From Betaproteobacteria bacterium (GTDB lineage Bacteria; Pseudomonadota; Gammaproteobacteria; Burkholderiales; SG8-39), in assembly GCA_947482825.1 (NCBI GenBank), contig CANKMT010000008.1, positions 7,634 to 71,633 on the forward strand: 64,000 bases of DNA. The letters run 5' to 3'. This document shows, in pieces, positions 26,741 to 35,660 of this stretch. The position numbers and the translations under genes are program-made. Numbering within the stretch: the stretch's first letter is position 1; each line of letters opens with the position of its first letter. A model generated the notes under the pieces. The model saw only the letters and a program-made list of their open reading frames with translations. It was not told where the DNA came from and did no database searches.

Positions 26741-27177
26741 GCGGGCTTGCCGATCCGCTCGCGCTCACCCAGGTCCTGCGCCAGCCACTCGAGCACCGCC
26801 TCGACGCGTGTGCCGGGCGCGGCCGCGCGATCGAATCCCATGTCGAGGAAAATCTTCTCGACCTGCTCCCAAGGGTGCTTGCCGACGACGAGGTTGCCGC
26901 CGACATACAGAAGCATGTTTTCGAGTCCGGCCTCCACGCACAGGTCGCGAAACCCCCGGCAGTCGAGCTCACCCTGCCCATAGAGCGAAGATACGAGAAT
27001 CGCGTCGGCATTCGTCTCGATGGCCGCGCGGATGAAGTCAGCGGCCGGCGTCAGCGCGCCAAGCGAGACCAGCTTGTAGCCAGCCTTTTCCAAAGCCATC
27101 GAGAGGATACGGTTGCCAACGATATGCGTGTCGGAGCCGATCACGCCCGTGACTATGGTTTTCTGGGTCATGGCCAA
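26737..27177 (-). CDS. glmS: methylaspartate mutase S subunit (cobalamin-binding)
   Basis: 146 aa. TIVTGVIGSDTHIVGNRIL carries the DxHxxG base-off/His-on motif. SSLYGQGELDC and LYVGGNLVVGK are nearly identical to clostridial GlmS/MutS as I remember it. Confidence 0.92.
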   Translation of the reverse strand: MAMTQKTIVTGVIGSDTHIVGNRILSMALEKAGYKLVSLGALTPAADFIRAAIETNADAILVSSLYGQGELDCRGFRDLCVEAGLENMLLYVGGNLVVGKHPWEQVEKIFLDMGFDRAAAPGTRVEAVLEWLAQDLGERERIGKPA

Positions 27178-27205
27178 CCCGTTGCGCGCGATTGGTTAGC
27201 CAAGA

Positions 27206-28171
27206 TCACTTGGGCGGACCGCTCTTCATGAGCGTCTGGAACGCGCTGATCTCGCCCTCGAGGAAGCGCTGCGCGTCCCTGATCGGAATGTAGCTGTCGG
27301 GCAGGGCGTACTGGTCGCGCAGGTAGTTGGCGAATTCCGGGGTCGCCGCGTATCGGCCGAGCGATGTCGCAAGCGCCTCCAGGCGCCGCGGGTCTGCGCC
27401 GGCCTTGGCGACGATCGCGCGCATTTGCGGCAGCAGGATGTCGTACCCGAGCTCGGCCGAAACCGGCACATCGGCGAACGGGGCGCCCAAGCGTTGCGTG
27501 GCGAAGAAAATCAGCGGCCGCATGGCCTTCGAGTCGAGGTGGCCCTTGACGTCGCCCGCTTGTTCGTAGAGCAGTTCCACGTGGCCGCCGAGCACCGAGG
27601 TGTACCTTTCGGCCGGCCGGCTGAACGGCACGCTGACGAGCTTGATCCCTTTGCTGGCAAGGTAGTTCACCGTCGTTTCGTCCGGGCTGTTCGGGCCGGT
27701 GATCGCGACCGAGATGCTGCCGGGCTTGGCCTTGTCGGCGGCGACCACGTCCGCCCAGCTCTGGAAGCGCCCATCGCCCTTGGCGAACAGGCCCGAGGGT
27801 TGCCGGATCATCACGCCGAGCGCGACGACGTCGTTCAGCTTGAACGGCGAATTGGGAAACGCCGCCATGGTCAGCGTATCGCCGGTCAGCACGGCGATTG
27901 CATGCGCATCGCCGCCGTTTGCGACCATTCTCTGCAGGCCGATGGTCCCCGTTGCGCCGGGCTGATTGATGACCGGGAACGAGCCCTTGAGGTCGGCTTC
28001 CAGCCACTTGGCGACGAAGCGGCCGAGGATATCGGCGCCGCCGCCCGGCCCCCACGGGACCACGACCTCGACCGGCTTCGAGGGGAAGCGGTCCTGCGCG
28101 GTTGCCGGCGCGGTCACCGAAGCGCACGCCACGGCCAGCACGCCAATCACTGCATTTTTCCAGTTTTTCAT
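27206..28171 (-). CDS. tripartite tricarboxylate transporter (TTT) substrate-binding protein, Bug/TctC family
   Basis: Start at ATG 28171 (MKNWKNAVIGVLAVACASVTAPATAQ signal peptide), preceded by AAGGAGA. The track ORF (to 28630) is an extension that overlaps the upstream gene. Confidence 0.9.
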   Translation of the reverse strand: MKNWKNAVIGVLAVACASVTAPATAQDRFPSKPVEVVVPWGPGGGADILGRFVAKWLEADLKGSFPVINQPGATGTIGLQRMVANGGDAHAIAVLTGDTLTMAAFPNSPFKLNDVVALGVMIRQPSGLFAKGDGRFQSWADVVAADKAKPGSISVAITGPNSPDETTVNYLASKGIKLVSVPFSRPAERYTSVLGGHVELLYEQAGDVKGHLDSKAMRPLIFFATQRLGAPFADVPVSAELGYDILLPQMRAIVAKAGADPRRLEALATSLGRYAATPEFANYLRDQYALPDSYIPIRDAQRFLEGEISAFQTLMKSGPPK

Positions 28172-28191
28172 TGTCGTCTCCTTTGTCATTG

Positions 28192-29271
28192 TCATCGGCC
28201 AGCGTAACTCGCTTCGCCGACTCTGAAACGCTTTACCGCATCCGCATCCAGCCGCGGGCTGAATCCCGGTTCGAGCACGATCGCACCTTGCGAAAACTGC
28301 AACGGCGACGCGAGCAAAGGCGCAACCGGCTTGAGGAACCCGTTCATCTCGCCCGCGTTCGTGATCCCGGTCCGGGCGGCGAGCCCCTCCATCCAGCAGC
28401 CCACCTCGCACGCTACACCGTTGCCGAGGACCGGCTCCATGCCAAGCGATCGGATCAGGGCCAGGCCCGCGGCGAGCCTTTGCATCGTGCCCATCTTCAT
28501 TAGCTTGAGCTTGATGAAGCGGGCCGCCTTCAGTTCGGCGGCCCGCTCGATGTCGGCCAATCCGTAGATCGACTCGTCGAGCATCATCGGCACCGGAGCG
28601 ACACGCGCCACCGCGACCGCCGATTCCCAATCGCCCGCCGCGCAGGGCTGCTCCAGCAGTTCGATGCCTTCGGGGCTCATGCGGGAAACGAATCGCAGCG
28701 CCTCGTCCCGGCTGTAGCCCTGGTTGCCGTCCACGCGGATCGCGGCACGGCCGTCGACGATGCGCTGTACCTCGCCAAGCTTTGCCAGGTCTTTTTCGAC
28801 ATCGAACCCGACCTTGACCTTGAACGTGCCGAATCCCTGCGCGAGCAGCGCATCGGCCTCGTTCTCGAGCGCGGCCCCGGATTCCGCGCTGACGATGCCG
28901 AGCAAAGGGGCGCGGGCCGGGGCGCGCACCTTCAGCGACTCGGCGTCTTCGAGCATTTCGATCGCGGTAGCGAGCGCCGTGACCGTGAACGGCGCGTGGT
29001 CCACCTGCTTCAGGAGCAACTCGACCGCCTCTTCACCCCGCAGGCCCGGCAAGCCGGCGGCCAGTTGCTGCATCAGCGTCCAGCTGCCTTCGACCGTCTC
29101 TTCGGTGTAGCCGGTGAGCACGGTCGCCTCGCCCAGGCCGATGCGTCCATCCGCGTCGCGCACTTCGGCGAGCAACGTGTCGAAGTGGCGCACGATGCCG
29201 AACGCGAGCTTGTACGGCACGCGCAAAGGCACCTCGACCCGGTGCAGTGAAATGGCCTCGATGCGGCTCAT
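28192..29271 (-). CDS. enolase-superfamily enzyme, MR/MLE subgroup (dipeptide-epimerase/cycloisomerase-like)
   Basis: 359 aa. KxK motif (FKVKVG), metal ligands in IRVDGNQGY / LLEQP / MMLDES, and a second Lys in KLKLMKMG. Confidence 0.85.
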   Translation of the reverse strand: MSRIEAISLHRVEVPLRVPYKLAFGIVRHFDTLLAEVRDADGRIGLGEATVLTGYTEETVEGSWTLMQQLAAGLPGLRGEEAVELLLKQVDHAPFTVTALATAIEMLEDAESLKVRAPARAPLLGIVSAESGAALENEADALLAQGFGTFKVKVGFDVEKDLAKLGEVQRIVDGRAAIRVDGNQGYSRDEALRFVSRMSPEGIELLEQPCAAGDWESAVAVARVAPVPMMLDESIYGLADIERAAELKAARFIKLKLMKMGTMQRLAAGLALIRSLGMEPVLGNGVACEVGCWMEGLAARTGITNAGEMNGFLKPVAPLLASPLQFSQGAIVLEPGFSPRLDADAVKRFRVGEASYAGR

Positions 29272-29293
29272 CGCTGAGGAGACTGACTGGCGC

Positions 29294-31330
29294 TCAAGGT
29301 GCGTGCGCCGGACCTCTTCGTCGTAGCACCTGCAGCACCAACGCGAGCACTACGCCCCCGAATCCGATGAAGTCGGCGATCGCCGACGGATAGACGAGCG
29401 CGAACCCGGCGATGATGAACAGGGCCCGCTCAATGACATTGGTCTTGATCAGCGCCCAGCCCTGGAACCCGGCCGCAAGCGCGGCGATGCCCACTGCGGC
29501 GGTCAGCGTGACCTCGGCAATCATCCACCAGTTGGCAGCCGCAAGCGCCTTGGTCGAGCCCATGAGCAGGAGGCCAAGCCCGCTTGGGTCGAGCACGAAC
29601 ATGAACGGCACGAGAAATGCGGGCGTGGTGTACTTCCAGCACTGCAGCGTGGTCTTGTAAGGGTCCCCGCCGGTGATCGCCGCCGCGGCGAAGGGCGACA
29701 GCGCGGTCGGCGGCGAGACTTCCGAGAGCACCGCGTAATAGAAGATGAACATGTGCGCCGCGTACTCGGGCACCTTGAGCGCGATCAGGGCCGGCGCCGC
29801 GATCACGGCGCAGATGATGTAGGAGGCCGTCACCGGCACCGCCAACCCGACGATCCAGACAATGAGCGCGGTGTAAATCGCGGTCAACAGAAGCGAGTTG
29901 CCGGCGTAGGCGAGCACGATGGAGCTGAACTTGAGCCCGAGGCCCGTCAGCGTCACGACGCCGACGATGAGCCCCGCGCCTGCGCAGGTCGCCGCCACGT
30001 TGAGCACGGCGCGCGAGCCGCCGTCGAGCGCCTTGACCAGCCCCGACTCGGCGATGCCCCGCCACGGCGAGATCTTTCCCTGGAAGATGTCGTAGGAGAG
30101 CAGCGTCGTGTCGCGCCGCAGGAAGCTGGTGGCCAGCGCCACAATCGTCGCCCAGAACACCGACAGCTCGGGCGAGAAGCCCATCATCATGAAAGCGACG
30201 ATCGAGACCAGCGAAAGGAAATGGAACCAGTACTTCTTCGCCAGGCTCCAGGCCGACTCGACCTGCTCGAACACCACGTCTTTCATGCCGAACTTGCGCA
30301 CGTCGATCTCGACCATGATGAACAGCGCCATGTAGTACAGGCAGGTGGGAATCACCGCCATCAGGATCACGTCGAGGTACGAAATCTTGAGGAACTCGGC
30401 GATCAGGAAGGCCGCCGCGCCGAGCACCGGCGGCGAGATGATCGCGCCCAGGCCGCCGGCGGCGAGCAGGCCGCCGGCTTCCTCCTTGTTGTAGCCGACC
30501 TTGGCGAGCATCGGCGCGGCCACCGCGCCCAGCGTCACGGTGGTCGCCACCCCGGACCCGGAAGGGCCGCCGAGCAGGAAGGAGGCGAGCGTCACCGTGC
30601 GCCCGGCGCTGGAGGGCTTGCCGCCCATCGCCGAGAAGGAGAAATCGATGAAGAACTTGCCCGCGCCCGAGAACTGCAGGAACGCCCCGTAGAGGGTGAA
30701 CAGGATGATCAGCGTCGAGGACACGTTGATCGCGGTGCCGAAAATGCCTTCGAGGGTCATGTACATGTGGCCGATCAGGCGCGGCACCTCGTAACCCTTG
30801 TGGGTCCAGGGCGCGGGCAGGTACGCCCCGAAGAACGCATACGCGAGAAAGCAGCCGGTGATGAACGGCAGGATCCAGCCCGTGGTGCGCCGCATCGCCT
30901 CGAGCACCAGCAGCACCAGCAGCACGCCGAAGGCGATGTCCCAGTCGTTCGGCACGATCGAGCGGTCGAAGAACTCGTCGCCCCCGGCGATCAGGTAGGC
31001 CGCGGTCGCGATGCCCGCCAGCGCAAGCAGCCAATCCCACCACATGACGCGGTGGCGAAAGCGCCGCGCGACCGGAAAGATCAGGAACGACAGGAACAGC
31101 ACGAAGGCGACGTGGATCGCGCGCAGGTGCTCGGGGCGCACGATGGCGTAGGCGGTGTAGAGGTGGAACAGCGACATCGCCACCGCCACCGTCGTCACGA
31201 AGGCGGCGAGCCAGCCGACAAGCTTGTTCTGGACGCCCTCCTCGCGCTCGATCATTTCCTCGGCGCGCGCGAGCGCGGCCTCGCTGACCTCCTTGGAGGG
31301 CTGGTGCAGCCTCGTGATCTCTTCGCTCAT
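29294..31330 (-). CDS. TAXI-type TRAP transporter fused (4TM/12TM) permease
   Basis: About 678 aa from ATG 31330 (MSEEITRLHQ...), highly polytopic. It lies downstream of a TAXI receptor. The track N-terminal extension is R/P-rich. Confidence 0.88.
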   Translation of the reverse strand: MSEEITRLHQPSKEVSEAALARAEEMIEREEGVQNKLVGWLAAFVTTVAVAMSLFHLYTAYAIVRPEHLRAIHVAFVLFLSFLIFPVARRFRHRVMWWDWLLALAGIATAAYLIAGGDEFFDRSIVPNDWDIAFGVLLVLLVLEAMRRTTGWILPFITGCFLAYAFFGAYLPAPWTHKGYEVPRLIGHMYMTLEGIFGTAINVSSTLIILFTLYGAFLQFSGAGKFFIDFSFSAMGGKPSSAGRTVTLASFLLGGPSGSGVATTVTLGAVAAPMLAKVGYNKEEAGGLLAAGGLGAIISPPVLGAAAFLIAEFLKISYLDVILMAVIPTCLYYMALFIMVEIDVRKFGMKDVVFEQVESAWSLAKKYWFHFLSLVSIVAFMMMGFSPELSVFWATIVALATSFLRRDTTLLSYDIFQGKISPWRGIAESGLVKALDGGSRAVLNVAATCAGAGLIVGVVTLTGLGLKFSSIVLAYAGNSLLLTAIYTALIVWIVGLAVPVTASYIICAVIAAPALIALKVPEYAAHMFIFYYAVLSEVSPPTALSPFAAAAITGGDPYKTTLQCWKYTTPAFLVPFMFVLDPSGLGLLLMGSTKALAAANWWMIAEVTLTAAVGIAALAAGFQGWALIKTNVIERALFIIAGFALVYPSAIADFIGFGGVVLALVLQVLRRRGPAHAP

Positions 31331-31403
31331 CTCTCTGTCCCCAGAATGAAAAGCCCCGCCAGAAGCCTGGACGGGGTCCGGGGTCCCGGGTCCGCGCGTC
31401 CGG

Positions 31404-32426
31404 CTACTTCTTCGCGGCCTTGTCCACCTTCTTGGCGCCCGTGTCAGTAACCTTCGCGGCGGCGGCACCCGCGCCCATCACGTTGATGCCCTGCTCGGCG
31501 AAATACTTGAGCGCCGCCGGATGCCAGGGGATCGACGAATTCGCGGCGCGCTGGTTCTCGGGCTTGATGTTCACCGCCTCGGCGTGTACGCGCACCAGGT
31601 CGACGCGATGCTCCCAGAGGGTCTTGATGATCGTGTACGCGGTCTTGTCGTCCATGCTCGCGTGCACGGCGAGCAGGTTGGTCACCGTTGCGGCCTGATT
31701 GTCGGCGGTCATGCCGTTATACATCCGCTGCGGGATCACGTCCTTCACGTAGATGTTGCCGTACTTCTTCTCCATCTCCGGCACCAGGTGGGCGATGTCG
31801 ATCATCCTGATCTTCACCCCGGGCGAGTTGGCGAGATCCGTCACCGCCGCCGTCGGCAGGCCGCCGACCCAGAAGAACGCGTCGATCTTGCGGTCCTTGA
31901 GCGCGTTGACGGATTCGGCGACGCCGAGTCTTTCCCTGCGCATGTCCTTGTCCTTATCAAGGCCGGCCGCCTCGATGACACGGAATCCAAACACCTCGGT
32001 CGCACTGCCGCCCGAGCCGGTGGACACGCGCTTGCCCTTCAGGTCCGTAATCTTCGTGACGCCGGTGCCCTCGATCGACACCACGTGCATGCGGTTCGGA
32101 TAAAGCACCGCGATAGTGCGCACGGGAATCGGCTTGCCCGCGAATTTGTCCTCGCCCTTGAGCGCATCGATCGCCGCGTCGGCCTGCGTGAACGCGATGT
32201 AGGGCTTGCCGGTGCCGATGAGCTGCATGTTCGCAACCGAGCCGCCGGTGACTTCGGCGGTGGCCTGCATGCCAGGCACTTTGGACAGCACTGCGGCCAC
32301 GCCGCCGCCGAGCGGGTAATACACCCCGCCGGTGCCACCGGTGGCGATGGAGATGTTCTGCGCTCCGGCAAGTGCCGAAAACGCGACGCCCACTGCAAGG
32401 GCTATGAGGCCGCTGAGTTTTTTCAT
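31404..32426 (-). CDS. TAXI-family TRAP transporter solute receptor
   Basis: ATG 32426 (MKKLSGLIALAVGVAFSALAGAQ) preceded by AAGGAGA. ATGGTGGVYYPLGGG is the TAXI (TIGR02122-type) hallmark. Confidence 0.9.
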   Translation of the reverse strand: MKKLSGLIALAVGVAFSALAGAQNISIATGGTGGVYYPLGGGVAAVLSKVPGMQATAEVTGGSVANMQLIGTGKPYIAFTQADAAIDALKGEDKFAGKPIPVRTIAVLYPNRMHVVSIEGTGVTKITDLKGKRVSTGSGGSATEVFGFRVIEAAGLDKDKDMRRERLGVAESVNALKDRKIDAFFWVGGLPTAAVTDLANSPGVKIRMIDIAHLVPEMEKKYGNIYVKDVIPQRMYNGMTADNQAATVTNLLAVHASMDDKTAYTIIKTLWEHRVDLVRVHAEAVNIKPENQRAANSSIPWHPAALKYFAEQGINVMGAGAAAAKVTDTGAKKVDKAAKK

Positions 32427-32548
32427 ACTGTCTCCTTGGGGAAGTGCGCTCTGGGTGGCACTCAATGAAGCCGGGATTCTACCTTTACTTGCCTCGTACG
32501 GCTCCAGCCCGGGCCGCGGGAGGCGGCGGTCCGGCGGGGGGCGCGGAA

Positions 32549-33556
32549 CTATTTTTCCTTCAGCTGGGCGGCGTTTACCACACGTTGGTTGGCGGCAAGC
32601 TCTTCCCGAATGAAGCCGTCGAACTCTTCAGGCTTCATCGCCGAGGCCCGAGCGCCGAGCGTTTCGAACCTCGCCTTGACGTCGGCGGACTCGAGGACCT
32701 TGGCCACCTCCGCGTTCAGTCTTTCGACGATCGCGCGCGGCGTCTTGCTCGGAGCGAGCAACCCCACCCAGAACACGTAATCCGCAACCCCCGCCTCGGC
32801 CGTCGTCGGCACGATTGGCCATTGCGGCAGTCGGGTCGGGGAACCGACCGCTAGCGCCTTGAGCTTGCCGCTTTGGATGAACGGCATGGTCGCCGCGAGC
32901 GGCGCGAACATGTAATCGACGCGTCCGCCGACGATTTCCGCCATGCCGTCGGAAGTGCCCTTAAAAGGAATATGCACCGCCTCGAATGCGGCCTGCACCC
33001 TGAACTTCTCCGCGTTCAGGTGCGTGGAACTCCCATTGCCCGCCGATGCATAGTTGAGCTTGCCTGGATTCGATCGACCGAAGGCGATCAGTTCACCGAC
33101 TGAGCCGAAACGAGCCTGCGCCGAGGCCACGAGGACCACGGGCATCACGACAAGCATGGTGACTCCTGAAAAATCCCGCAGCGTGTCGAACGGGAGATTC
33201 GACATCATCGCCGGACTGATCGTGTGGTTGGAGGATGAAACGAGCAGAGTGTGGCCGTCCGGACTTGCGCTTGCGACAAGCCCGGCGCCAAGCGTCCCAC
33301 CCGCACCAGCTCGATTCTCGACGAGGACGGGCTGGCCGAGAGCGGCGCTGAGCTTGTCCGAAATCGAACGCGCGACGATATCGTTGGTGCTGCCTGCGGA
33401 AAACGAAACGATCAGCCTGATCGGCTTCGACGGGAAAGGCTGCGCGAAGACGGCGGCTGCGCTCGACCCCAAGACGAGCGCGGTGACCAGACCCGCGGCG
33501 CCCCTTAGTAGCCGCTCCCGGGCAAGCACTCCGATGTGACAATGGATATGGTTCAT
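32549..33556 (-). CDS. TTT substrate-binding protein, Bug/TctC family
   Basis: QPFPSKPIRLIVSFSAGS start of the mature protein. ATGA overlap with the upstream LLM gene. Confidence 0.9.
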   Translation of the reverse strand: MNHIHCHIGVLARERLLRGAAGLVTALVLGSSAAAVFAQPFPSKPIRLIVSFSAGSTNDIVARSISDKLSAALGQPVLVENRAGAGGTLGAGLVASASPDGHTLLVSSSNHTISPAMMSNLPFDTLRDFSGVTMLVVMPVVLVASAQARFGSVGELIAFGRSNPGKLNYASAGNGSSTHLNAEKFRVQAAFEAVHIPFKGTSDGMAEIVGGRVDYMFAPLAATMPFIQSGKLKALAVGSPTRLPQWPIVPTTAEAGVADYVFWVGLLAPSKTPRAIVERLNAEVAKVLESADVKARFETLGARASAMKPEEFDGFIREELAANQRVVNAAQLKEK

Positions 33557-34536
33557 GACTTCCTCACCTTGGGCAGAACGTCGCGCGCGATCATTTCCAG
33601 CTGGTCCAACTGCCAGTTGACCGGATTCAGGATGATATGTTCAACCGACTCCCCAAGAGCGTGCACCTTCTTGCTTATCTGCTCTGCGACTTCCTCGGCC
33701 TCTCCCACAAGGTAATACGTGCGCCAGAAATCCAGATCGAGTCCCGATATCGTGGAGAAGTGGGGGATCGCGGCCTCGGGCTTTTCACCTTTCTTCAAGA
33801 CGTAGACAAAGTTCGAATAGGCCTTTGTGAGCTCGCTGGGACGACGCCCTTCTTTCACCATGAGTCCTTGAATGCGCTCCCAATCCTGCGCAACCATTTC
33901 AGGGGTGGAAGCCGAGTGAGGAACCCATGTCTGCGCATACTTCGCTATGCGGCGCAAAACCGGAGTCATGTCGGGCATGGCCTGCGCGTAAACCTTTTCG
34001 AACGGCTGAGTTCCTCCGCCGATCCAGATTTCCGGCAGTTTCAGCGGCTTCGGCTCGATCGTAACGTCCTCGAAGCGGTAGTGCCTGCCTTGAAAGCTGA
34101 CCCGATCACCCGTCCAGAGGCCGATCAGGATTTCCAGCATCTCGTCCATGCGACGCCCGCGCTCGTTTCGCGGGATATTCATCGCGGCGAATTCCTGCTC
34201 GTGCCAGCCCACTCCCACCCCGAAGATCGACCTGCCTCCGGCGAGAACGTCGAATGTTCCCCACTCCTTGGCCATCAGCACGGGGTTCCGAAGCGGGAGG
34301 GCGATTACCATCGGGCCGAGCTTGATCGTGCGGGTGACGCCTGCCAGTGCGGAAAGCAGAACCATCGGCTCGAGCCACGTTCGAACTGTCGTCGGCGGCA
34401 CCACGAGCAGGTGATCGATGCAAACGGCGCTCTCGAAACCGAGATCCTCGGCATGACGCAGGTACGCGCCCATCTCCGCCAAGGTGGCGGTCTTCGGCCC
34501 AAGGGCGAAACTGGGCAGTCGTAGTCCGAATTTCAT
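33553..34536 (-). CDS. LLM-class (luciferase-like) flavin/F420-dependent oxidoreductase
   Basis: MKFGLRLPSF... N-terminus, 327 aa, TIM-barrel LLM pattern. Confidence 0.82.
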   Translation of the reverse strand: MKFGLRLPSFALGPKTATLAEMGAYLRHAEDLGFESAVCIDHLLVVPPTTVRTWLEPMVLLSALAGVTRTIKLGPMVIALPLRNPVLMAKEWGTFDVLAGGRSIFGVGVGWHEQEFAAMNIPRNERGRRMDEMLEILIGLWTGDRVSFQGRHYRFEDVTIEPKPLKLPEIWIGGGTQPFEKVYAQAMPDMTPVLRRIAKYAQTWVPHSASTPEMVAQDWERIQGLMVKEGRRPSELTKAYSNFVYVLKKGEKPEAAIPHFSTISGLDLDFWRTYYLVGEAEEVAEQISKKVHALGESVEHIILNPVNWQLDQLEMIARDVLPKVRKS

Positions 34537-34598
34537 TTGATGGACCTTCCGGGATCGTCGATGCGCCCTAGGTTATCCTCGCAGGACCGGAGTAGATA

Positions 34599-34625
34599 CC
34601 GTGGATTGTGAAACTCACACCACGG
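34599..34625. promoter_or_regulatory. imperfect 27-bp palindrome, candidate TetR-type operator
   Basis: CCGTGGATTGTGAAACTCACACCACGG has perfect 6-bp arms (CCGTGG/CCACGG) and an inner GTGA-N3-TCAC. It lies about 90 nt upstream of the NIPSNAP-TetR-ligase operon, in the divergent intergenic region. Confidence 0.3.
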
Positions 34626-34716
34626 AGGTTGCCCGGCAACCCGTGTGTCCGTGCCGATGATGCGGATGCGCCGCCTTGGCGAAGCCTGTTGAGGCCTAAA
34701 GAGCGAGGAGTTTTCC

Positions 34717-35043
34717 ATGCTGTATGAAATGCGTATCTATCATTCCATGCCGGGGCGCCTCCCGGACGTGAGCAAACGCTTCGAAACGATCGCGAAGAAA
34801 TACTGGGACAAACACGGGGTTCGTCCGATCGGCTTTTGGACCGTGATGATCGGTCCGAGCAATCAGGATATTTACTACATCCTCGAATGGAAGGATCTCG
34901 CGGAGCGCGAAAGGGTCTGGGGCGCTTTTACCTCGGATCCTGGCTGGCTGGAAGAAAAGGCCGCATCCGAAAAGGACGGACAGCTTGTTGCCAGCATCGA
35001 GAACATCATGCTTACGCCGACGGCCTATTCGAAGCTCAAATGA
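34717..35043 (+). CDS. NIPSNAP family protein
   Basis: 108 aa. MLYEMRIYH...IYYILEWKDLAERE is the typical NIPSNAP dimeric alpha-beta barrel. GAGGAG Shine-Dalgarno. Confidence 0.85.
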   Translation: MLYEMRIYHSMPGRLPDVSKRFETIAKKYWDKHGVRPIGFWTVMIGPSNQDIYYILEWKDLAERERVWGAFTSDPGWLEEKAASEKDGQLVASIENIMLTPTAYSKLK

Positions 35044-35660
35044 ACGGGGCGAAGGTCGCAGCCGTCCCGCCCAAATCCGAGCGCACGAAATCGCGTGTAC
35101 TGCGCGAAGCCCTTGCCCTCGCAAGCCGGGTTGGATTCTCGGGACTCACGTTCGGGACCCTGGCCGAACAGGCCGGCATCTCAAAAAGCGGCCTGTTCGC
35201 CCATTTCGAGTCCAAGGAAGACCTGCAGATCCAGACCCTGCATGTAGCCGAGGCAATGTTCGTCGAACGCGTCCTGCGCCCGGCGGTGAAAGAGCCGCGC
35301 GGCACGCCGCGCCTGAGGCGCCTCTTCGACGGCTGGATGGACTGGATTCATTCGGGGACGGTGCCGCGCGGCGACATCCTGACTGCGGCGGCCTTCGAGT
35401 TCGACGATGCGCCCGACGGGCCGATGCGCGCTGCGGTGGTCGAGGGGCACGGCAAGATGCATGGCACGATCGAGCGCATGGCCCGCCAGGCGATCGAGGC
35501 GGGACAGTTCAGGAAGAAACTCGACCCGGCCCAGTTCGCCTTCGAATTCCTCGGCATCGTGCACGCACACCATCACGTGCGCCGGCTGCTGCGCACCGAC
35601 CTACATGCCCGCCGCGCGCGGGCCGCATTCGAGCGCCTTCTCGAGTCCAACGCGCCTTGA
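35040..35660 (+). CDS. TetR/AcrR family transcriptional regulator
   Basis: ATGA overlap with the NIPSNAP stop. The HTH reads FSGLTFGTLAEQAGISKSGLFAHFESKEDL. Confidence 0.9.
   Translation: MNGAKVAAVPPKSERTKSRVLREALALASRVGFSGLTFGTLAEQAGISKSGLFAHFESKEDLQIQTLHVAEAMFVERVLRPAVKEPRGTPRLRRLFDGWMDWIHSGTVPRGDILTAAAFEFDDAPDGPMRAAVVEGHGKMHGTIERMARQAIEAGQFRKKLDPAQFAFEFLGIVHAHHHVRRLLRTDLHARRARAAFERLLESNAP

Noticed and set aside
25034-26983. 649-aa plus-strand ORF opposite glmL/glmS. Similar long antisense ORFs occur at 6340-7707, 13285-14718, 15913-17169, 18519-20339, 22272-23603, 23710-25458, 29753-31450, 38262-39569, 42381-44003, 44372-45967, 46688-48163, 49873-51390 and 52800-54503.
   Set aside because: High-GC antisense frames lack stop codons by composition. 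The translations are Arg/Pro/Gly-rich without domains, and every one overlaps a gene with strong family motifs on the other strand.
28192-29271. Calling the enolase-superfamily gene a methylaspartate ammonia-lyase
   Set aside because: At 359 aa with the KxK/MLE-type motif pattern, it does not match my recollection of methylaspartase (~413 aa, different N-terminal domain and catalytic Lys context). Kept only as a hypothesis in the findings.
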